Origin: Cyanophora paradoxa CCMP329
Taxonomy: Eukaryota; Plantae; Glaucophyta
Assembly: GCA_004431415.1 (NCBI GenBank)
Contig: QPMI01000380.1
Coordinates: 1 to 34,410, forward strand
Reading direction: 5' to 3'
DNA: 34,410 nt
The translations under genes and the position numbers were made by a program. The notes under the pieces were generated by a model. The model was not told the DNA's origin. It saw only the letters and a program-made list of their open reading frames with translations, and ran no database searches. Shown piece after piece: positions 1-10,300 of this stretch; within the stretch, counting starts at the first letter, position 1, and every line of letters starts with the position of its first letter.

Positions 1-3000
1 AAATCACAGGGGTCCCCACCCACACGAAACAGCAGGCAGGGAGTGCTGGGATTCGCCAGAGCACCTTGGCTGGTTTGCATGATAGGGAAGGGTGTTCGTT
101 TTCTAGTTTCGAGGTTGGGTTCGGGGCTGCCCCCATCGCCCCCCCGCACAAAACAGCAGGCAGGGAGCACTGGGATTCGCCAGAGCACTCTAGCAGGTTT
201 GCATGATAGGGAGGGGTGTTAGTTCTCTAGTTTCAAGGTTGGGTTCGGGGCGGCCTGGATCGCCCCCCGAAATCTCACGTGGTGCCCACCCACACAAAAC
301 AGCAGGCAGGGAGCGCTGGGATTCGCCAGAGCACTCCCGCAGGTTCGCATGATAGGGAGGGGTGTTGGTTTTCTAGTTTCGAGGTTGGGTTTGGGGCTGC
401 CCCCATCGCCCCCCGAAATCTCACAGGGGTCCCACCCACACGAAACAGCAGGCAGGGAGCGCTGGGATTTGCCAGAGCACTCTGGCAGGTTTGCATGATA
501 GGAAGGGGTGTTAGTTTTCTAGTTTCGAGGTTGGGTTCGGGGTGGCCCCGATCGCCCCCCGAAATCTCACAGGGGTGCCCACCCACACGAAACAGCAGGC
601 AGGGAGCGCTGGGATTCGCCAGAGCACCTTGGCTGGTTTGCATGATAGGGAGGGGTGTTAGTTTTCTAGTTTCGAGGTTGGGTTCAGGGTGGCCCCCATC
701 GCCCCCCTAAATCTCACAGGGGTCCCCACCCACACAAAACAGCAGGAAGGGAGCGCTGGGATTCACCAGAGCACTCTGGCAGGTTTGCATGATAGGGAGG
801 GGTGTTAGTTTTCTAGTTTCGAGGTTGGGTTCGGGGCTGCCCCCATCGCCCCCTGAAATCTCACAGGGGTCCCACCCACACGAAACAGCTGGAAGGGAGC
901 GCTGGGATTCACCAGAGCACTCTGGCGGGTTTGCATGATAGGGAGGGGTGTTAGTTTTCTAGTTTTGAGGTTGTGTTCCGGGCGGCCCCGATCGACCCCC
1001 GAAATCTCACAGGGGTCCCCACCCACACAAAACAGCAGGCAGGGAGCGCTGGGATTCGCCAGAGCACTCCCGCAGGTTCGCATGATAGGGAGGGGTGTTA
1101 GTTTTCTAGTTTCGAGGTTGGGTTCGGGGCTGCCCCCATCGCCCCCCGAAATCTCACAGGGGTCCCCACCCACACAAAACAGCAGGCAGGGAGCGCTGGA
1201 ATTCGCCAGAGCACTCTGGCAGGTTTGCATGATAGGTAGGGGTGTTAGTTTTCTAGTTTCGAGGTTGGGTTCGGGGCGGCCCCGATCGACCCCCGAAATC
1301 TCACAGGGGTCCCCACTCACACGGAACAGCAGGCAGGGAGCGCTGGGATTCGCCAGAGCACCTTGGCTGGTTTGCATGATAGGGAGGGGTGTTAGTTTTC
1401 TAGTTTCAAGGTTGTGTTCCGGGCGGCCCCGATCGACCCCCGAAATCTCACAGGGGTGCCACCCACACAAAACAGCAGGAAGGGAGCGCTGGAATTCGCC
1501 AGAGCACTCTGGCAGGTCTGCATGATAGGGAGGGTGTTAGTTCTCTAGTTTCAAGGTTGGGTTCGGGGCTGCCCTCATCGCCCCCCGAAATCTCACAGGG
1601 GTCCCCACCCACACGAAACAGCTGGAAGGGAGCGCTGAGATTCGCCAGAGCACTCTGGCAGGTTTGTGTGATAGAGAGAGGTGTTAGTTCTCTAGTTTCA
1701 AGGTTGGGTTCGGGGCTGCCCCCATCGCCCCCCGAAATCTCACAGGGGTGCCCACCCACACGAAACAGCAGGCAGGGAGCGCTGGGATTGGCCAGAGCAC
1801 CTTGGCTGGTTTGCATGATAGGGAGGGGTGTTATTTTTCTAGTTTCAAGGTTGGGTTCGGGGCAGCTCCGATCGCCCCCCGAAATCTCACAGGGGTCCCC
1901 ACCCACACGAAACAGCAGGCAGGGAGCGCTGGGATTCGCCAGAGCACTCCCGCAGGTTCGCATGATAGGGAGGGGTGTTAGTTTTCTAGTTTTGAGGTTG
2001 GGTTTGGGGCTGCCCCCATCGCCCCCCGAAATCTCACAGGGGTCCCCACACACACAAAACAGCAGGCAGGGAGCGCTGGAATTCGCCAGAGCACTCTGGC
2101 AGGTTTGCATGATAGGGAGGGGTGTTAGTTTTCTTGTTTCGAGGTTCGGTGCAGGGCTGCCCTGATCGCCCCCAAAATCTCACAGGGGTGCCCACCCACA
2201 CGAAACAGCAGGCAGGGAGCGCTGGGATTCGCCAGAGCACCTTGGCTGGTTTGCATGATAGGGAAGGGTGTTCGTTTTCTAGTTTCGAGGTTGGGTTCGG
2301 GGCTGCCCCCATCGCCCCCTGAAATCTCACAGGGGTCCCCACCCACACGAAACAGCAGGCAGGGAGTGCTGGGATTCGCCAGAGCACTCTGGCAGGTTTG
2401 CATGATAGGGAGGGTGTTAGTTCTCTAGTTTCAAGGTTGGCTTCGGGGCTGCCCTCATCGCCCCCCCAAATCTCACAGGGGTCCCCACCCACACGAAACA
2501 GCTGGAAGGGAGCGCTGAGATTCGCCAGAGCACTCTGGCAGGTTTGCATGATAGGGAGGGGTGTTAGTTTTCTAGTTTCGAGGTTGGGTTCAGGGCTGCC
2601 CCCATCGCCCCCTGAAATCTCACAGGCATCCCCAGCCACACGAAACAGCAGGCAGGGAGCGCTGGGATTTGCAAGAGCACTCTGGCAGGTTTGCATGATA
2701 GGGAGGGGTGTTAGTTTTCTAGTTTCGAGGTTGGGTTCGGGGCTGCCCCCATAGCCCCCTGAAATCCCACAGGGGTCCCCACCCACACGAAACAGCAGGC
2801 AGGGAGCGCTGGGATTCGCCAGAGCACTCCCGCAGGTTTGCATGATAGGGAGGGGTGTTAGTTTTCTAGTTTCAAGGTTGGGTTTGGGGCTGCCCCCATC
2901 GCCCCCCGAAATCTCACAGGGGTCCCCACCCACACGAAACAGCAGGCAGGGAGCGCTGGGATTCACCAGAGCACTCCCGCAGGTTTGCATGATAGGTAGG

Positions 3001-5678
3001 GGTGTAAGTTTTCTAGTTTCGAGGTTGGGTTTGGGGCGGCCCCGATCGACCCCCGAAATCTCACAGGGGTGCCCACCCACAGGAAACAGCAGGCAGGGAG
3101 CACTGGGATTCGCCAGAGCACCTTGGCTGGTTTGCATGATAGGGAAGGGTGTTCGTTTTCTAGTTTCGAGGTTTGGTTCGGGGCTGCCCCCATCGCCCCC
3201 CGAAATCTCACAGGGGTCCCCACCCACACGAAACTGCAGGCCGGAAGCGCTGGGATTCGCCAGAGCACTCCCGCAGGTTCACATGATAGGGAGGGGTGTT
3301 AGTTTTCTAGTTTCGAGGTTGGGTTCCGGGCTGCCCCCATCGCCCCCCGAAATCTCACAGGGGTGCCACCCACACGAAACAGCAGGAAGGGAGCGCTGGA
3401 ATTCGCCAGAGCACTCTGGCAGGTTTGCATGATAGGGAGGGTGTTAGTTCTCTAGTTTCAAGGTTGGGTTCGGGGCTGCCCTCATCGCCCCCCGAAATGT
3501 CACAGGGGTCCCCACCCACACGAAACAGCTGGAAGGGAGGGCTGAGATTCGCCAGAGCACTCTGGCAGGTTTGTGTGATAGGGAGGGGTGTTAGTTCTCT
3601 AGTTTCAAGGTTGGGTTCGGGGCTGCCCCCATCGCCCCCCGAAATCTCACAGGCATCCCCAGCCACACGAAACAGCAGGCAGGGAGCGCTGGGATTCGCC
3701 AGAGCACCTTGGCTGGTTTGCATGATAGGGAGGGGTGTTATTTTTCTAGTTTCAAGGTTGGGTTCGGGGCGGCCCCGATCGACCCCCGAAATCTCACAGG
3801 GGTGCCCACCCACACGAAACAGCAGGCAGGGAGCGCTGGGATACGCCAGAGCACTCTGGCAGGTTTGCATGATAGGGAGGGGTGTTGGTTTTCTAGTTTC
3901 AAGGTTGGGTTTGGGCCTGCCCTGATTGCCCCGGAATTTTCACAGAAGTCCCCAGCCACACGAAACAGCAGGCGGGGAGCGCTGGGATTCACCAGAGCAC
4001 TCTGGCAGGTTTGCAGGATAGGGAGGGGTGTAAGTTTTCTAGTTTGGAGGTTGGATTCGGGGCGGCCCCGATCGACCCCCAAAATCTCACAGGCGTCCCC
4101 ACCCACAGGAAACTGCAGGCAGGGAGCACTGGGATTCGCCAGAGCATGATAGGGAGGGTGTTAGCTCTCTAGTTTCAAGGTTGGGTTCGGGGCTGCCATC
4201 ATCGCCCCCCGAAATCTCACATGGTCCCCACCCACATAAAAGAGCTGGAAGGGAGTGCTGGGATTCGCCAGAGCACTCTGGCAGGTTTGTGTGATAGGGA
4301 GGGGTGTTATTTTTCTAGTTTCGAGGTTGGGTTTGGGGCGGCCCCGATCGCCCCCCCAAATCTCACTGGGGTCCCCACCCACACGAAACTGCAGGCAGGG
4401 AGCGCTGGGATTCGCCAGAGCACCTTGGCTGGTTTGCATGATAGGGAGGGGTGTTATTTTTCCAGTTTCGAGGTTGGGTTCGGGGCGGCCCCAATCGCCC
4501 CCCGAAATCTCACAGGGGTCCCCACCCACACAAAACAGCAGGCAGGGAGCGCTGGAATTCGCCAGAGCACTCTGGCAGGTTTGTGTGATAGGGAGGGGTG
4601 TTATTTTTCTAGTTTCGAGGTTGGGTTTGGGGCGGCCCCGATCGCCCCCCCAAATCTCACTGGGGTCCCCACCCACACAAAACAGCAGGCAGGGAGCGCT
4701 GGGATTCGCCAGAGCACTCTAGCAGGTTTGCATGATAGGGAGGGGTGTTAGTTTCCTAGTTTCAAGGTTGCCCCCCGAAATCTCACAGGGGTCCCCACCC
4801 ACACGAAACAGCAGGCAGGGAGCGCTGGGATTCGCAGGAGCACTCTGGCAGGTTTGCATAATAGGGAGGGGTGTTAGCTTTTTAATTTCGAGGTTGGGTT
4901 CAGGGCTGCCCTGATTGCCCCCCGAAATCTCACAGGGGTCCCCACCCACACGAAACAGCAGGCAGGGAGTGCTGGGATTCGCCAGAGCACTCTGGCAGGT
5001 TTGCATGATAGGGAGGGGTGTTAGTTTTCTAGTTTCGGGGTTGGGTTTGGGGCTGCCCCCATCGCCCCCCAAAATCTCACAGGGGTCCCCACCCACACGA
5101 AACAGCAGGCAGGGAGCACTGGGATTCGCCAGAGCACTCTGGCAGGTTTGCATGATAGGGAGGGGTGTTAGTTTTCATGCTTTGAGGTTGGAGTCGGGGC
5201 TGCCCCCATTGCCCCCCGAAATCTCACAGGGGGTCCCCACCCACACGAAACAGCAGGCAGGGAGTGCTGGGATTCGCCAGAGCACTCTGGCAGGTTTGCA
5301 TGATAGGGAGGGGTGTTAGTTTTCTAGTTTCGAGGTTGGGTTCGGGGCTGCCCCAATCGCCCCCCGAAATCTCACAGGGGTCCCCACCCACACGAAACAG
5401 CAGGCAGGGGGCGCTGGGATTCGCCAGAGCACTCTGGCAGGTTTGCATGATAGGGAGGGGTGTTAGTTTCCTAGAATCGAGGTTGGGTTGGGGGCTGCCC
5501 CCATCGCCCCCCGAAATCTCACAGGGGTCCCCACCCACACGAAACAGCAGGCAGGGAGCGCTGGGATTCGCAAGAGCACTCTGGCAGGTTTGCATAATAG
5601 GGAGGGGTGTTAGTTTCCTAGAATCGAGGTTGGGTTGGGGGCTGCCCCCATCGCCCCCCGAAATCTCACAGGGGTCCC
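1..5678 (+). repeat. 147-bp tandem satellite, ~39 diverged monomers (runs off the window start)
   Basis: Unit GAAATCTCACAGGGGTCCCCACCCACACGAAACAGCAGGCAGGGAGCGCTGGGATTCGCCAGAGCACTCTGGCAGGTTTGCATGATAGGGAGGGGTGTTAGTTTTCTAGTTTCGAGGTTGGGTTCGGGGCTGCCCCCATCGCCCCCC. AAATC recurs at 416, 562, 709 (146-147 bp). The ORF track repeats every 49 aa. Confidence 0.98.
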
Positions 5679-5828
5679 AAAACTAGAAAACTAACACCCC
5701 TCCCTATCATGCAAACCTGCCAGAGTGCTCTGGCGAATCCCAGCGCTCCCTGCCTGCTGTTTCGTGTGGGTGGGGACCCCTGTGAGATTTCCGGGGGCAA
5801 TCGGGGCAGCCCCGAACCCAACCTCGAA
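5679..5828 (-). repeat. Single inverted monomer of the 147-bp satellite
   Basis: AAAACTAGAAAACTAACACCCC...CCCGAACCCAACCTCGAA is the reverse complement of almost exactly one monomer and directly abuts the forward array. Confidence 0.96.
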
Positions 5829-5901
5829 TGGATCCACTGTTTCCACCACCTGAATAGCCAACAGCCCCAGCTGGGATCCCTATTTTTCGTTTGGGAGGCA
5901 T
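5829..5901 (-). pseudogene. 5' part of a small basic/Gly-rich ORF (MPPKRKIGIPAGAVGYSGGGNSGSI) interrupted by a satellite monomer
   Basis: ATG at 5901 is preceded by AAAGATACA, similar to the ATPase leader. After 25 codons the frame enters satellite sequence (ORF track 5707..5901). Confidence 0.45.
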
Positions 5902-5910
5902 TGTATCTTT
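5899..5910 (-). promoter_or_regulatory. Leader motif AAAGATACA-ATG shared with the ATPase gene
   Basis: Minus strand TAATAAAGATACAATG here versus TAGAAAGATATACAACAATG at 6723-6742. Confidence 0.3.
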
Positions 5911-6020
5911 ATTAGAATGAGAGATAATTTTATAAACCGCGTTTATATCGCATCAATTTATTGCTATGGACTTGGCTTTTCACTTCTTTGGGGGCTTCCT
6001 CTTTTTCTGGTGGTTTCAGT

Positions 6021-6725
6021 TCATCTTTTTTTCTTTTTGGGCTTCCTGTGGAAGCGAGGAAAATCGAAATCTCCAACTAAATCGGCTTTATCAACATAGT
6101 AGCCCACATTATACTTGAAAGATGTATAAACAAGGAATTGGTATGAGTGGACATACTCTTCAAACAGTTTATAGAAATCTTCTTTTCGAGGAAAAGTTGA
6201 AAACTCCTCTGCAAATGCTTCCAGCTCTTTTTGATTGCTTGCACACACCATAATTTCGATATCACAATCACAGCGAATCACACTTGCAACCTTGCGCAGT
6301 TTTTGCGATATTGTAATGAGTGAGCAATTCACATGTCTTGATCTAACATACAGCATCCCCACTGTTTTATCTCGAGTTAAATCGAGCTGGTCATTTTCTA
6401 TCATATCCTCTAAAATAATCAGCATATGGTTAAGATCTTCTCCCCTCTCTCTTTTTTCCTCTCTTTCTTTAATGATCTTTGATACATATTGGGGATCCCA
6501 TGCACCCAGTTGAACAGTAGCAGCTTTATCCCAATAATGTGTAAATGAGGTTGCAGATATAATAAGTGTTGTATCAATCCTTTTGGCATCATGCAGCTGT
6601 TTCAAATAATATTTTACAGCTTCAGTCTTCCCACATCCTGATTTCCCAAGTATGAGTAGTCGAAAAGGGGGTTCTATCATTTCACCAGCATTGAATTCCT
6701 TCAGTTCAGAACTTGGTATAGTCAT
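6021..6725 (-). CDS. A32-like (FtsK/HerA superfamily) viral DNA-packaging ATPase
   Basis: Walker A PFRLLILGKSGCGKT, Walker B MLIILEDM, Arg-finger motif LYVRSRH, then SLITISQ and IR-x-D (typical A32 pattern GRH...hhhhQ...R-x-N). Compact 234 aa. The true C-terminus may extend to 5930 across a homopolymer indel. Confidence 0.88.
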   Translation of the reverse strand: MTIPSSELKEFNAGEMIEPPFRLLILGKSGCGKTEAVKYYLKQLHDAKRIDTTLIISATSFTHYWDKAATVQLGAWDPQYVSKIIKEREEKRERGEDLNHMLIILEDMIENDQLDLTRDKTVGMLYVRSRHVNCSLITISQKLRKVASVIRCDCDIEIMVCASNQKELEAFAEEFSTFPRKEDFYKLFEEYVHSYQFLVYTSFKYNVGYYVDKADLVGDFDFPRFHRKPKKKKR

Positions 6726-6789
6726 TGTTGTATATCTTTCTAAATAAAGACAGATAAAAATAATGCAGGGTGACTGAATATGGTAAGAT

Positions 6790-7371
6790 CTAAAGATTTA
6801 TACGATGTAATCCATCTTTGTCCAAAATTATAAACGAATGCATTAGAGCGCGAACATTAACATCGATTACCTTATCTGAAGGCATGTAGAGGGTGAGGAA
6901 GGAAGAAGAGGAATTTGTTAAATCAACATAACCAGACTGGGCAATATTTCGAATTGCCTTTTCTCCATCAAGGCAGAATGGGAGTCCTGAAAGGACATAT
7001 TTATCAACAACCTTATCCATGTTAGAGCATTTGAAGGCATCAGCAATTAGCTCAGCACCTTTGAGCAGTGGAATTGGCTCAGTGATTTGATCATGAGGCT
7101 TTGCAAAGACCCCGACCTTATAACTGACTGGAGAGGTGTACCTGGGGTATTTCAAGGGATCTAGATTTGATTTTGATAGTGGCAAGCGCTGAAAACGTGC
7201 TTGTACCTCGCCGGGCAATAGTGGGCCCCTATTCACCAGCATGTCATTTGTGCCAGATCGCACAGCAGCACAGCCTCGGAACAGTCTCAAACCGACTTCG
7301 TAATCAAATCTAGCTCCCTCGAGAACCCCCAACAGCATACTGAGGGGTGGTTGAAATATGGGCCCCGGGTT
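6790..7371 (-). pseudogene. 3' part of a probable double-jelly-roll major capsid protein gene (5' part lost, internal part amplified)
   Basis: The frame is open from 7371 to TAG at 6790 (Met at 7338). C-terminus LPFCLDGE...QSGYVDLTNSSSSFLTLY...VNVRALMHSFIILDKDG resembles the NCLDV-type MCP ending (YSFAL.PE..QPSG..NFSR...A.L.L...V.VYA.NYNVLRI..G). It lies 64 bp upstream of the packaging ATPase on the same strand. Confidence 0.55.
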
Positions 7372-10300
7372 TCAATATGGCTGACAGTGAGGATCTGAGC
7401 ACCCATGCATGCAGTGTTCATGATGATCATGATTTGATCATGAGGCTTTGCAAAGACCCCGACCTTATAACTGACTGGAGAGGTGTACCTGGGGTATTTC
7501 AAGGGATCTAGATTTGATTTTGATAGTGGGAAGCGCTGAAAGCGTGCTTGTACCTCGCAGGGCAATAGTGGGCCCCTATTCACCAGCACCAGATCGCAGA
7601 GCAGCACAGCCTCGGAACAGTCTCAAACCGACTTCATAATCAAATCTAGCTCCCTCGAGAACCCCCAACAGCATACTGAGGGGTGGTTGAAATATGGGCC
7701 CCGGGTTTCAATATGGCTGACAGTGAGGATCTGAGCACCCATGCATGCAGTGTTCATGATGATCATGATTTGATCATGAGGCTTTGCAAAGACCCCGACC
7801 TTATAACTGACTGGAGAGGTGTTTCTGGGGTATTTCAAGGGATCTAGATTTGATTTTGATAGTGGGAAGCGCTGAAAACGTGCTTGTACCTTGCTGGGCA
7901 ATAGTGGGCCCCTATTCACCAGCATGTCATTTGTGCCAGATCGCACAGCAGCACAGCCTCGGAACAGTCTCAAACCGACTTCATAATCAAATCTAGCTCC
8001 CTCGAGAACCCCCAACAGCATACTGAGGGGTGGTTGAAATATGGGCCCCGGGTTTCAATATGGCTGACAGTGAGGATCTGAGCATGAAGTGTTCATGATG
8101 ATCATGATTTGATCATGAGGCTTTGCAACGACCCCGACCTTATAACTGACTGGAGAGGTGTACCTGGGGTATTTCAAGGGATCTAGATTTGATTTTGATA
8201 GTGGCAAGCGCTGAAAGCGTGCTTGTACCTCGCGGGGCAATAGTGGGCCCCTATTCACCAGCACCAGATCGCAGAGCAGCACAGCCTCGGAACAGTCTCA
8301 AACCGACTTCATAATCAAATCTAGCTCCCTCGAGAACCCCCAACAGCATACTGAGGGGTGGTTGAAATATGGGCCCCGGGTTTCAATATGGCTGACAGTG
8401 AGGATCTGAGCACCCATGCATGCAGTGTTCATGATGATCATGATTTGATCATGAGGCTTTGCAAAGACCCCGACCTTATAACTGACTGGAGAGGTGTACC
8501 TGGGGTATTTCAAGGGATCTAGATTTGATTTTGATAGTGGCAAGCGCTGAAAACGTGCTTGTACCTCGCCGGGCAATAGTGGGCCCCTATTCACCAGCAT
8601 GTCATTTGTGCCAGATCGCACAGCAGCACAGCCTCGGAACAGTCTCAAACCGACTTCGTAATCAAATCTAGCTCCCTCGAGAACCCCCAACAGCATACTG
8701 AGGGGTGGTTGAAATATGGGCCCCGGGTTTCAATATGGCTGACAGTGAGGATCTGAGCACCCATGCATGCAGTGTTCATGATGATCATGATTTGATCATG
8801 AGGCTTTGCAAAGACCCCGACCTTATAACTGACTGGAGAGGTGTACCTGGGGTATTTCAAAGGATCTAGATTTGATTTTGATAGTGGGAAGCGCTGAAAG
8901 CGTGCTTGTACCTCGCCGGGCAATAGTGGGCCCCTATTCACCAGCATGTCATTTGTGCCAGATCGCACAGCAGCACAGACTCGGAACAGTCTTAAACCGA
9001 CTTCGTAATCAAATCTAGCTCCCTCGAGAACCCCCAACAGCATACTGAGGGGTGGTTGAAATATGGGCCCCGGGTTTCAATATGGCTGACAGTGAGGATC
9101 TGAGCATGCAGTGTTCATGATGATCATGATTTGATCATGAGGCTTTGCAACGACCCCGACCTTATAACTGACTGGAGAGGTGTACCTGGGGTATTTCAAG
9201 GGATCTAGATTTGATTTTGATAGTGGCAAGCGCTGAAAGCGTGCTTGTACCTCGCCGGGCAATAGTGGGCCCCTATTCACCAGCATGTCATTTGTGCCAG
9301 ATCGCACAGCAGCACAGCCTCGGAACAGTCTCAAACCGACTTCATAATCACATCTAGCTCCCTCGAGAACCCCCAACAGCATACTGAGGGGTGGTTGAAA
9401 TATGGGCCCCGGGTTTCAATATGGCTGACAGTGAGGATCTGAGCACCCATGCATGCAGTGTTCATGATGATCATGATTTGATCATGAGGCTTTGCAAAGA
9501 CCCCGACCTTATAACTGACTGGAGAGGTGTTTCTGGGGTATTTCAAGGGATCTAGATTTGATTTTGATAGTGGGAAGCGCTGAAAACGTGCTTGTACCTT
9601 GCTGGGCAATAGTGGGCCCCTATTCACCAGCATGTCATTTGTGCTAGATCGCACAGCAGCACAGACTCGGAACAGTCTCAAACCGACTTCATAATCAAAT
9701 CTAGCTCCCTCGAGAACCCCCAACAGCATACTGAGGGGTGGTTGAAATATGGGCCCCGGGTTTCAATATGGCTGACAGTGAGGATCTGAGCACCCATGCA
9801 TGCAGTGTTCATGACATGATTTGATCATGAGGCTTTGCAAAGACCCCGACCTTATAACTGACTGGAGAGGTGTTTCTGGGGTATTTCAAGGGATCTAGAT
9901 TTGAAAATGATAGTGGCAAGCGCTGAAAGCGTGCTTGTACCTCGCCGGGCAATAGTGGGCCCCTATTCACCAGCATGTCAGTTGTGCCAGATCGCACAGC
10001 AGCACAGCCTCGGAACAGTCTCAAACCGACTTCATAATCAAATCTAGCTCCCTCGAGAACCCCCAACAGCATACTGAGGGGTGGTTGAAATATGGGCCCC
10101 GGGTTTCAATATGGCTGACAGTGAGGATCTGAGCACCCATGCATGCAGTGTTCAATGATCATGATTTGATCATGAGGCTTTGCAAAGACCCCGACCTTAT
10201 AACTGACTGGAGAGGTGTACCTGGGGTATTTCAAGGGATCTAGATTTGAAAATGATAGTGGCAAGCGCTGAAAGCGTGCTTGTACCTCGCCGGGCAATAG

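Noticed and set aside
107-126. CENP-B box in the satellite (TTCG...CGGG)
   Set aside because: Spacing is 10 nt rather than 7, and the conserved A is missing.
5917-6513. ORFs 5917..6099 (+), 6077..6271 (-) and 6235..6513 (+)
   Set aside because: They are shadow frames of the ATPase gene.
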